DNA from: Eledone cirrhosa
Lineage: Eukaryota
Assembly: GCA_964016885.1 (NCBI GenBank)
Contig: OZ024744.1
Location: 65,844,001 to 65,908,000 of the forward strand
Direction of reading: 5' to 3'
Length of the DNA stretch: 64,000 nucleotides
In this document: positions 35,115 to 47,211 of the stretch, piece by piece
Layout: every line of letters begins with the position of its first letter
How positions within the stretch are numbered: position 1 is the first letter of the stretch
Notes under the pieces: model-generated
Told to the model about the DNA's origin: nothing
The model's input: only the letters and a program-made list of their open reading frames with translations
Database searches by the model: none
Translations under genes and position numbers: made by a program

Positions 35115-35460
35115 GGAGGCACATGGCTTAGCTGTTAGAGCATTGGCCTTGCAATCGAAAGGTTGTGAGTTCAATTCTCAGACCGGGTGATGTGTTGTTT
35201 CCTTGAGCAAGACACTTTATTTTTTCACGTTGCTCCAGTTTACTCAGGTGTAGAAATGAGATGATAGGGACTGGGATCCCTATCATTCCACTGCAAAGTG
35301 GTCGTGGAGGTGCCACGTCAAAAAAGCACCCAGCACTCACTGTAAATGAGGTTGGTGTTAGGAAGGGCATCCAGCTGTAGAAATCAAGCCAGAATCAGTT
35401 CCCGTCCCACCCTTGCAAGCAGGGAAAAGTGGACTAAAATGAAATGAAATGAAAAATGAT
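35115..35460 (+). mobile_element. SINE-A, full length
   Basis: Same as 1206-1555. Head-to-head with 34438-34772. Confidence 0.9.
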
Positions 35461-36589
35461 ATATATATATATAAACATATACATATATATATATGTTTAT
35501 ATATGTTTATATATATATATATATATATGTTTATATATATATATATATATATATATAGGGAAAAAGTGGACGTAAAATGAAATGATAATGATGATGATAT
35601 ATATATATATATATGTTTATATATATATATATATATATAAACATATACATATATAAACATATATATATATATATATATATGCATCTGTTTATATTTATAT
35701 ATATATATATGTGTGTGTGTATAAATACATATATGTACAAATAAGAAATACTCTGCAACAAAAAACGTGGAATATGTATATTTATATATTTATTATAAGC
35801 TGAAATTATTCGTTCATCATAACAAGATGAGAAAATCCTCCCATTTCCGACTCTTATGCAATGAAGGTTTGTTAACGAGTAACTGGCTGGATATATTTTG
35901 GGGGGAATTTATATATATATAGACGATTTTTCCCTGTACAAATTAGATTGGTTGGCAGAAAGAATGTGACAGTTGGGCTGAACATGAATTGTAATTGACT
36001 GTGGCACCATAAAGAATATTGTATGGAATTAGGAAATTAAACAAAGCAATTACAAAAGATGGTAAAGATGGGTAACTCGATATGACTCGAGGGCAATATT
36101 TAACTGTCAATATTTATTAATTTGCATTCTTGTAAATAAATACTCACACAAACAAATACTAATATGTTGATGTGTGTTCATACAAGTATGCAGAAATATG
36201 TAAAAACCAGGAAAGGGTGTTGTTAATTTAAAGACACGAAAATAAGAACTAAATAAATGCTAATGCAATAATGGTAATAGAAAATAAATAAATTTGAATG
36301 TAAAGTATAAAGTATATGTATAAACAGAATGAAGCCATACAAGTAAGGTAGCAAGATCATGAAATGTCTTCCCATAGGCAGTTTCAGCTGCCTTAAGAAA
36401 TGCTTCTGTTGATGGGAACAGTGTGAGATTGGTTCAAGGCTGGTTTAATTTATTACAATTCAGGGTTAAAATATTATACTTCTTGGATAAAGAAAACATT
36501 CATCAATGATGGCCATCACTATAAGGTTGTAATTTTGACAATTAACCCATTGATTTAGAGATTCTATATGTATCTCTCCTGTTCATAAT

Positions 36590-37465
36590 TTTCATGGACA
36601 GGATTGACTTGCGGAGCTGGGTTGCAAGGAGTGTTAAGACAGGCAGGTGGTGTGGGGATTAGCTGGTAGTCTGCTGGAATTTGCAGATGACATGGTATTA
36701 CTTAACTTCTCAGAAGGTGATCCCTGACATGTACTTGATAGGTTTGCTGCTGAATGTCCAATTGTCAGAATGAAAATCAGTGCTGCAAAGACTGAGACAC
36801 ATGTTCTCTAAAGGAAATCTGTGCAGTTCGAGTTCCACTAAAGCAGGTGAAGTTCAGGTATTGCGGTGCCATTTTCATGAGTGATGGAAGGCAGGAGGCT
36901 AAATTAAGTGCAATAATTGCAGGAGCTGGTGCATTACTGCATCAGCTTCAGCACTTAGTAATGAGAAGGGAGGAAGGTATAAAAGCCAAAATCACTATCT
37001 TTAATTCAATATTTGTGCCAACCCTTAACTATTGTCATGAATCTTGGGTAATGACCAAACAAATATGATTGCAAATACAAGAGGCCAAAATGGGTTACCT
37101 CTGAAAGGTCTTTGGACTAACATTACTTGATAGAGTGCATAGCGCAATGATCAGGGAGTCACTCCAGGTAGAGTTGCTACTACTCAGAATTGAAAGATCA
37201 CAGTTCAAGTACTATAGATATGTGGTCAGAATGTTGCAGGAAAGAATTACTGGACAGATTTTACTGGCAAAAACCAACTGACAGGAGATCCAGAGGTAAA
37301 CCCTGAGCAAGATGGTTAAATAACAACCATCAGCTCAGGCTGGTCTCACTTGGGGGCCTAGTTGAATCAGTTGGAGACAGTTGCTTCTGGCAGGAACCAC
37401 TGGAAGGTGTGCTTGGAGACTTTTCCCCCCACATCCTCCCAGGAATAAGTGGGCAAAGAAGAAAT
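36590..37465 (+). mobile_element. RTE LINE-C, heavily degraded RT/C-terminal fragment
   Basis: FADDMVLL-like motif, MKISAAKTE, KFRY.G, AKITIFNSIFVPTLNYCHESWVMT. Many stops. Confidence 0.8.
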
Positions 37466-37774
37466 TTTCCCTATATTTCATCAACAATCTACTAATTTTT
37501 TTGTATGGTATTCTATGGAAGAGAGTTGTAGAATTAACTCATTCTTTGTTTGTTCTTGGTTAGATTTGTTTTATTTTGTGTTGTATTGTGTAATGTAATG
37601 TTCAGGAACGGCTTCTTCTGTGTGCATTCCACATGCCCAAGCAGTCAGAAAAGTGTGTCACAAAGTTTACAAACATTCATTCATATATGCATATAAATTT
37701 GTATATTGTATTAGTCATCTAGTTTATTCAGTCACTTGAAAGCTTGTGTTTTGTTATTGTGTTTGGTTTAAAAA

Positions 37775-37889
<115 letters not shown>

Positions 37890-38087
37890 CAATATATATA
37901 TTGTAATATATTATTTATGCCCGCTTATAATACGGTGTAATTCATGTTACATTCCCTGTTTGAAGCGTTTTCTTTTTTGAGAACATTTTCATCTATTCTA
38001 TAGTCACAGTGCATTTGGTTCCTTCACATACTTTTTTTTTACTTGTTGCTTTCTTTCTTTCTCTTTCTCTCTCTCTTTTTCTTTTCT

Positions 38088-38135
<48 letters not shown>

Positions 38136-38509
38136 TTAGTTTTTTTAATAGTATTTTTTCTTTTGTTTCTTTCTCTCTTTGTTACTTTTATTTTTTTTAG
38201 TATTTTTTCCTTCCGTTTTTCTTTTTTATTCTACTGTACTGTTTGTTGTGTGTGTTTAATTTACTGTGTAGAATTTGTTTTAGTATTGTTCTTCAGTTTG
38301 GTCTTACTAAATTATTCCTTATATCTCTTATTGACTCACGTTTGTATTTATTCTATTATTTTCATTGAAAAACTGTTTCCTTTTATGCAGGAAAATCTAA
38401 AAGGTTCCTCTGTGTGTATGTGCAAGTGTCAGTGTGTGTGTGTGTGTGTGTCTGCGAGTGTCCGTGTGTGAGGGTGTCCGTGTCTGCGAGTGTGTGCGAG
38501 TGTCCGTGT

Positions 38510-38548
<39 letters not shown>

Positions 38549-38911
38549 TGTATGTCTGTGTGTGTGTGTGTCTATGTGTGTGTGTCTGCGAGTGTCCGTG
38601 TGTGAGAGTGTCCGTGCGTGTGTGTGTCTGTATGTCTGTGTGTGTGTGTGTGTGTGTGTCTGCGAGTGTCCGTGTGTGTGTGTGTGTGTGTCTGTGTGTG
38701 TGTGTCTATGTGTGTGTAGAGGGGGGGGGAGTGTGTGGGCAGGTTGGTTGAGGTGTGGTGTGGTGTGGATTGCTTTGGCTGACGTTTAATATCCGAGTGG
38801 ACATTCAGTGTCTACATGCATGCATACGTATGTACGTAATACATACATACATATATACATGCATACATACATACATACACACACACACATACATTATATA
38901 TACATGTATGT

Positions 38912-38951
<40 letters not shown>

Positions 38952-39047
38952 GGTAAAATCCTGACCTAGCTTTACAACCACTCTGCATCTCTCCATGCAT
39001 TGAGCACACCATGATTAGTGGTCTCCCTGGTCTCAGCACCACAGACG

Positions 39048-39105
<58 letters not shown>

Positions 39106-39266
39106 CAATATACACAAAATATAAAATACAAAATACATAAATACATACATACCACATACATAGATACATATCATCATCATCATCATCATCATCATTTTAC
39201 GTCCGCTTTTCCCTGCTTGCATACACACACACACACGCATATATAGATATCTACACACACACACAA

Positions 39267-39313
<47 letters not shown>

Positions 39314-39371
39314 CACACAGATATATATATAGATATATATACACACACACACATATATATATATAGAAGTA

Positions 39372-39543
39372 CATCCACACTGTAAACGTGGTTGGTGTTA
39401 GGAAGGGCATCCAGCCGTAGAAAACCCGCCAGACAGTCCTATGCGAGCAAGACAACCAATCTTGCCTCAAGTGGGAAAACTCCCGTCCAAACCCATGCTA
39501 GCGTGGAAGATGGACGTTAAACGATGATGACGATGATGATGAT

Positions 39544-39545
<2 letters not shown>
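39372..39545 (+). mobile_element. LINE-A subfamily 3' UTR fragment
   Basis: GTTGGTGTTAGGAAGGGCATCCAGCCGTAGAAAA...GGACGTTAAACGATGATG. Confidence 0.8.
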
Positions 39546-39586
<41 letters not shown>

Positions 39587-39663
39587 GGTCATTTATTAGT
39601 GTTTTGTGTAATGTATACTGATGTAATATGAATTATTGTTGGTACATTATATTTGAAAAAATA

Positions 39664-39868
39664 TTGGTAGATTCGCAATATCCGTAGAGGGTCGACTGCC
39701 ATGCTTTGCAGCATAGAGTTACGGCCCTTTACGATACGACTTCAAATCCTGCCGAGGTTAGCTTTGCCTTTCATCCTAACGGTGGGGGGGGGGGGGTCGA
39801 TGAAATAAAGTACCAGTAATACACTAGGGATAATTGCTGGCCTTGTGCCAAAAGTAGAAACAATTATG
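39664..39868 (+). mobile_element. SINE-B
   Basis: Similar to 6706-6899, with an expanded poly-G. Confidence 0.8.
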
Positions 39869-40059
39869 TTTGAAAAAAGAAGGGGTGGTGGTGGGGGTGT
39901 GTTGGGGTGCATGTGTGGGGTGGGGTGACTGCTGCTACCCTAAGTTTCTACCTCAGTTGCAATGGATTTTAAAGTGCAAAAGACAAACAAACAAACAAAC
40001 AACAACGATACACGTAGGAGACCCCAAAACTTTAAAACAATGTTGACAGTATATATTGA

Positions 40060-40510
40060 TACACATTCATGCATCCACACACATACACATAACGCTTATA
40101 TACCACTCATGCATACACACATATTCATATACATACACATGCATCCACACACATACACATAACGCTTATATACCACTCATGCATACACACACATTCATAT
40201 ACATACACATGCATCCACACACATACACATAACGCTTATATACCACTCATGCATACACACACATTCATATACATACACATGCATCCACACACATACGCAT
40301 AACGCTTATATACCACTCATGCATACACACACATTCATATACATACACATGCATCCACACACATACACATAACGCTTATATACCACTCATGCATACACAC
40401 ACATTCATATACATACACATGCATCCACACACATACACATAACGCTTATATACCACTCACACATACACACATTCATATACATACACATGCATCCACACAC
40501 ATACACATAA
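40060..40510. repeat. 70-bp minisatellite (about 6 copies) grading into CA/TG/TA microsatellites to about 42.7 kb
   Basis: GCATCCACAC recurs at 40071, 40141, 40211, 40281, 40351 and 40421. Confidence 0.9.
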
Positions 40511-41549
40511 CTCATATACACACACATGCGCACTCACACATACACACACATTCATATACATACACATGCGCACTCACACATACACACATTTATATACATA
40601 CACATACACACATACACACATTTATATACATACACATGCGCACTCACACATACACACATTTATATACATACACATACACACATTCATATACACACACATG
40701 CGCACTCACACATACACACATTCATATACATACACATGCATCCACACACATACACATAACTCATATACACACACACATGCGCACTCACATATACACACAT
40801 TCATATACACACACATGCGCACTCACATATACACACATTCATATACACACACATGCGCACTCACACATACACACATTCATATACATACACATGCGCACTC
40901 ACACATACACACATTCATATACATACACATGCATCCACACACATACACATAACTCATATACACACACACATGCGCACTCACACATACACACATTCATATA
41001 CACACACATGCGCACTCACATACACGCATTCTTATACACACACATGCATACACATACACATGTGTGCTCACACATACACACATTCATATACACACATGCA
41101 CACATTCATATACATACATATGCATCCACACACACATACACACACACAATGCATACATAATGTAAACATACACACACGAGTTTCAATAACATGTATATTT
41201 AGTTGTTTAAACACAAGGCACACACACTCACACACACACACACATGCGCACATACACACAACACACACATATTCACATACATACACTCACGTGTGTGTGT
41301 GTGTGTCTGTGTATGCCTATGTGAGTGTTTGTGTCCGTGAGAGTTTCCAGGTACGTATGCGTGTGCCTACATTTATATGTGTTTGTGTAAGTGTGTGCGT
41401 GTGTCTGTGCTTACGTGTGCATGTATGTGTGTGTGTGTGTGTGCCTGCGTTTGAAAGCGGGTGTGTGTGTCAACGTGTGAGTGTGTGTTGTGGGTGTGTG
41501 AGTGTGTGAGCGTATGTTTGTCGACATGTGAGTGTGAGGTTGTGAGTGT

Positions 41550-41625
<76 letters not shown>

Positions 41626-41716
41626 ACACGTCTATATTATATGTGTATGTGTGTGCCTGCATGTGTGTGTTTTTGCATATATATATATACATATACATTC
41701 ATATATCTGTATCTAC

Positions 41717-41767
<51 letters not shown>

Positions 41768-41849
41768 GTGTATGTGTTAGTATGTATGTGTTTGTATATG
41801 TGTTTCTATATTATATGTGTATGTGTGTGCATGCATGTGTGTGTGTTTT

Positions 41850-41884
<35 letters not shown>

Positions 41885-42225
41885 TCACATACATATATAT
41901 ATATAAACATATGTGTGTGTGTGTTGTGTATGTGTTAGTATGTATGTGTATGTGTTTGTATATGTGTAAATCAAACTAGATAAACACACACATGCATACA
42001 GCACCAGCTTGTCTTGGCACATGATTACCGTATGTGTGTTTGAGAAGGACTGCCTGAAACCTAACGAGAGCTGGTTAGATAAAGTTAATAGGTTTTTATT
42101 TTCTTTTATATACATGCAAGCTTTTTAAACATTCATGTTTTGTGACGTACATAACTTAACACACTGCATACATAAATATACATACATACTTAAATATGAT
42201 ATATATATATATACATACTTAAATA

Positions 42226-42271
<46 letters not shown>

Positions 42272-42368
42272 ATATATATTTATATATACTTATACATACA
42301 TACACATATATATATATATATCATCATCATCATCATCATCGTTTAACGTCTATCTTCCACGCTAGCAT

Positions 42369-42435
<67 letters not shown>

Positions 42436-42472
42436 CACATATTTACATATACACACATATAAATATATAATC

Positions 42473-42544
<72 letters not shown>

Positions 42545-43481
42545 GTAGCTAGATAGATATATATGTACATGTATATGTATATATACATATATTTGCAGAT
42601 GAATATATATATAGTTGCATATATATATATATGTATATATATATACACACACACGCACACACACACACTCAGATATATATATATTCATAACAATACAGAT
42701 ATGTATAAATGCTCTTTCAGTTAGGTAATGTTGTTTTTTAACCTTAGCGTTATTGAGAGCAGATTGCTGATCTTTTTGTTTCCTCTCTGGTGATATTTTC
42801 TTCTTCTTTATGTAATTAGATTTTGATATTTATCATTAAAATATGCTTCAGTTAGGAATCAGTTAGGAAGAATCATGGAATCATGTCCTTGTTACAAAGC
42901 AAATTCTATAACAGTTAACTGTATTCCTATTGCGTATGTCTTTTTTCTTTCTACTGAACGCGATGCATTGTTCATTAGTGTCAATCTCTTGCAGTGTTTT
43001 TATATCGTTTAAGCAACAACAGATAACAGCATTCGTTCTCCAGAGTTTATTATTAGACAAACCTGGCCTTGTGCCTAAAGTAGAAACAATTATTAGACAA
43101 ACCTGTCTTGCTAATAAATAAGTCATTATTTATATAGCCTTCCTGAAGATATTGAAATTCCTAAGTCAAGTCACATTTATTTGGCAGGTGATTGACTTTG
43201 GAAGACAATCTAGTGATAGATTACGGTATCTGTGACCATGAGGCAGATGTAGAGTAAAGAGGACTTGGATAATGTAATATGTTTTATTACAAAATACTAA
43301 TAAAGTGAAAGTAAAACAGATTTCATATATACAATCAAACAAGTTGAGTATATAAGGTCCCTTTTCTTTCTGTCTCAAGGGGTCTATATGCCCAACTTGC
43401 TCAACTATTTTCCATATTAAAAAAAAAAAGAAAGGAAAAAAAAACTGTGTTGAAGCAGCTTACTTCAAGCTAACAAATATT

Positions 43482-43519
<38 letters not shown>

Positions 43520-43579
43520 TGTCACATATATAAGTATACATATGTGTACACACCTTTTATATGTATGTGTGTACGTGTG

Positions 43580-44598
43580 TCATCATCATCATCATCATCA
43601 TCGTTTAACGTCCATGTTCCACGCTTGCATGGGTTTGGACGGGTGTTTTCCCACTTGAGGCAAGAGTGGTTGTCTTGCTCGCATAGGACTGTCTGGCTGG
43701 TTTTCTACGGCTGGATGCCCAACCACATTTACAGTGTGGAACTGGGAGGTTTTTACCGTGTTACCTACACGGCCACTTTACAGCGTGGACTGTGTTTTTT
43801 TTGTCGTGACACCTACACGACCTCATTTGTTTCGGCCTGGATGTTGTGGTACCAACATAACTTTACATAGGAGGGGGTGGTGTGGATGGGGTGGGGGTGG
43901 TGGGACGGGGGTGTATTTTGTTAGAGATGCCTACTGACTGTAGTAGGTTTACTTTGTATTTTGGCAAGGCGGGTCTTCTCTATTACTAAGTACTGCCAAA
44001 GATCTCGGTCCAGTGACATTGTCTTGGAGAGATGTAAGTGTCTGAGGTCGGAATTTATCAGGTCGTCCCAGGTTTTTCTGGGTCTGCCTACTCCGTGGCT
44101 ACCGTCTATTTTTATTGCCCTGCACTTTTTTATACAGCAGTCGTCTTTCATGCGCATCACGTGACCATACCAACGAAGTCTTCTCTCGAGTAAACAACAT
44201 CTGATCCCTCTTATTTCTAATTTTTCTCTTAGTTCGTTTATGCTTTGCCGTTCACGTATATTACTATTACACATCCAGCGGAGCATGCAAGCTTCGTTCC
44301 TCTCTAGTCTGCGTATATCCTCTGCACACAATGCCTAGGTCTCACTGCCATGCAATATTGCTGTTCGTATGCAGGCATCATACAACCTGCCTTTCATTTT
44401 TAGGGAGAACCCTTTAGCAGCTAATAGTGGTATAAGCTCTCTGAACTTTTTCCATCCAGTTCTGACTCTAGCTACTGTACTTTCAGAGCACCCTCCCCCA
44501 CTGCTGATTTTGTCACCCAGGTAACGGAAGCTGTCCACTATTTCTATAGAACCCTCTGCGCAATTGAAAGAGCTAGTATTTTTTGGGCACTTGCTGCA
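43580..44598 (-). mobile_element. LINE-A subfamily, 5'-truncated
   Basis: IEIVDSFRYLGDKISSGGGCSES...KGRLYDACIRTAILHGSET...KTRLA plus 3' UTR. Confidence 0.9.
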
Positions 44599-44962
44599 TG
44601 TATATATGTATATATACTTATATATATATATATATATACATATGTATATATATACACATACATACACATATGTTTGTGTATGTTTTCCATACTGCCAACT
44701 ATATGAGTATACATGTGTACACACCTTATATATGTGTGTGTATGTGTGTATATGTATATATGAATATATGTATATATACATATATGTATATATACATATG
44801 TATATATACATATATCCACACATATGTTTGTGTATGTTTTCCATACTGCCAGCTATAAACACACACACACACTCAAACTATATATGCATGAATATATATA
44901 TATATATATATATATACATACAATATATTAATAAATGGAAACTATATTTATAAAACAATATT

Positions 44963-45028
44963 TATGTTATTATATATATTTCAAGGGCAACCAAGGCAAA
45001 TTATGGTGCGCTTTCATCAGATAAAATA
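44963..45028 (-). ncRNA. Type-I hammerhead ribozyme (mirror arm)
   Basis: Same core on the minus strand, with one mismatch in stem I. Confidence 0.65.
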
Positions 45029-45096
45029 CAGATTTGTTTTATAAATAAATATTGACATTTCCAGGTATGTCAATATTTATTTATAAAACATATCGG

Positions 45097-45162
45097 TATT
45101 TTATCTGATGAAAGCGCACCATAATTTGCCTTGGTTGCCCTTGAAATATATATAATAAAATA
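45097..45162 (+). ncRNA. Type-I hammerhead ribozyme
   Basis: TATTTTAT-CTGATGA-[AAG..GCACCA/TGGTTGC..CTT]-GAAA-TATATA-TA-ATAAAATA. 8-bp stem I. Predicted cleavage after AUA at 45154. Confidence 0.72.
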
Positions 45163-45312
45163 AATATTGTTTTATAAATATAGTTTCCATTTATTAATAT
45201 ATTGTGTATTTACTCCACTAAACTGTTGAGTGCTTTATATCAGTTATAAACATTTTTAGGCTTGTTGAATCCCAACAAATTAAATATAACCTCTGCATAT
45301 ATATATATATAT

Positions 45313-45580
45313 ATCATCATTTCATTTTACGTCCACTTTTTCCCTGCTTGCAAGGGTGGGACGGGAACTGATGCTGGCTTGATTTCTACAGCTGGATGCC
45401 CTTCTTAACACCAACCTCATTTACAGTGAGTGCTGGGTGCTTTTTTGCCATGGCACCTCCACGACCACAGCTGAGTAAACTGGAGCAATGTGAAATAAAG
45501 TGTCTTGCTCAAGGAAACAACACATCACCCGGTCTTTCGATGGCAAGGCCAATGCTCTAACCACTAAGCCATGTGCCTCC
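45313..45580 (-). mobile_element. SINE-A with internal deletions
   Basis: Head and tail intact, two deletions. Confidence 0.85.
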
Positions 45581-45629
<49 letters not shown>

Positions 45630-45869
45630 TTTTATTTTTATTTATTTCAGAATATCTTCATATTCATTTGCTAAAAATGATTTCTTAAAAAACCCCCCCC
45701 AAAAAACAAAACAACCTGTCATTTCAATGTAGTTTATTACACCAGCCACACTTGTTATATTTACCATATATATTCTGTCAAAGAATCCCTATGATAATAT
45801 CTATACTTTGCTGTCTTTTACATATAGAAGATTACTAAGTTTAATAATGGTCTTACTGGTTTCGACTAG

Positions 45870-46405
45870 TTACATATCATCCACCACCATCATACATCAT
45901 ACATCATCGTATTCATCATCATCATCATCATCATCAACATCGTCAATGTCATCGTCGTCTTCATCATCATCATCATCATCATCACCATCATCATCATCAC
46001 CATCATCTTCATCATCATCACCATATCATGATGATGATGATCATCATCATCAATCATCACCATCACCACCATCATCACCATCATCACAATCATCATCATC
46101 ATCATCATCATTAATCATCACCACCATCATCATCATATTTGTCATCATCATCATCAATCATCACCACCATCATCATATTTGTCATCATCATCATCATCAT
46201 CATCACCACCACCATCACCATCACCATCGTCGTCATCACCATCACCATCACCATCACCATCGTCGTCATCATCATCATCACCATCATGATTATCATGATT
46301 ATCATCATTATAATCATCATTATAATCATCATCACCGCCACCACCATCATCACAATCACCATCATCATTATCATATTTGTCATCATCATCATTGTCATCA
46401 TCATC
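45870..46405. repeat. (CAT/CAC)n trinucleotide low-complexity tract
   Basis: Directly visible. Confidence 0.95.
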
Positions 46406-46431
46406 AAACGTCCAGTATGTTCATCAGATAA

Positions 46432-46505
46432 ATATTTATCTGATGAACATACTGGACGTTTCTGTTAAGATCGTCTAGTTTCCTGAAACCTTAGGTAATG
46501 GATAT
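46432..46505 (+). ncRNA. Type-I hammerhead ribozyme in a PLE remnant (about 46406-46602)
   Basis: ATATTTAT-CTGATGA-..ACTGGACG/CGTCTAGT..-GAAAC-CTTAG-GTA-ATGGATAT. Overlaps a perfect 56-bp palindrome at 46406-46461. Confidence 0.65.
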
Positions 46506-46602
46506 AATTATATTGTGTTGTTTATTATGTAATTAAATAGCTCTGTACAATATATAGAGCACTCTTCTTTCCTTTACCTTTTCTACAGAAATACATAACA
46601 CA

Positions 46603-46950
46603 CCCCGACTACTCCATCCTCCCACTTCCACTCACACCACCCTTTCTCTGTAAAGTTATGTTTGTACCACAACGTCCAGTCCAAACTAAAGAGGTTGTGT
46701 AGGTGTCATGACAAAAAAAAAATCACCCCATCCACACTGTAAAGTGGTTGTGTAGGAGACACGGTAAAAAGGCTCCCAGTCCACACTGTAAATGTGGTTG
46801 GTGTTAGGAAGGGCATCCAGCTGTAGAAAACCCGCCAGATACAGTCCTATACAAGCGAGACATGGTTACCCGACCAATCAAGTGGGACAATTCCCGTCTA
46901 ACTCATGTTAGCGTGGAAGATAGACGTTAAACGATGATGATGATGATGAT
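46603..46950 (+). mobile_element. LINE-A subfamily 3' UTR
   Basis: GTACCACAACGTCCAGTCC...GTTGGTGTTAGGAAGGGCATCC...(ATG)n. Confidence 0.8.
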
Positions 46951-47211
46951 GTATGTATATATGCTAGCGTGGAAGAACGAAGGTAAAACGGTGATGATGA
47001 TAATGATATATATATACACAACCTTATTAGCAGGGAAAACTGCTGTTAAATTATGATGATGATGATGATGATGATGATGACTCATACACACACACTTACA
47101 CAGAATATTAAGAATCACGTGGCAATGGCAAGATGGTGTAACCAACAAGAGGAGAGTAAGAGGAATGGTTAATATAACAGAAATTGATAACTTTATATGA
47201 TCAATACAATA

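Larger units (their letters stand above)
44920..45205. repeat. 286-bp DNA palindrome (PLE-type fold-back); the element continues to about 45297
   Basis: Arms of about 139 bp with few mismatches and an 8-nt spacer (45059-45066). Same family as 55904-56350. Confidence 0.92.

Noticed and set aside
43180-43240. Possible plus-strand exon (TTGGCAG|GTGATTGACTTTGGA, reading VIDFG)
   Set aside because: A stop follows within about 15 codons and there are no partner exons; likely chance.
45808-46468. Poly-Ser/His/Ile ORFs
   Set aside because: A (CAT)n microsatellite, probably expanded from (ATG)n retroelement tails.
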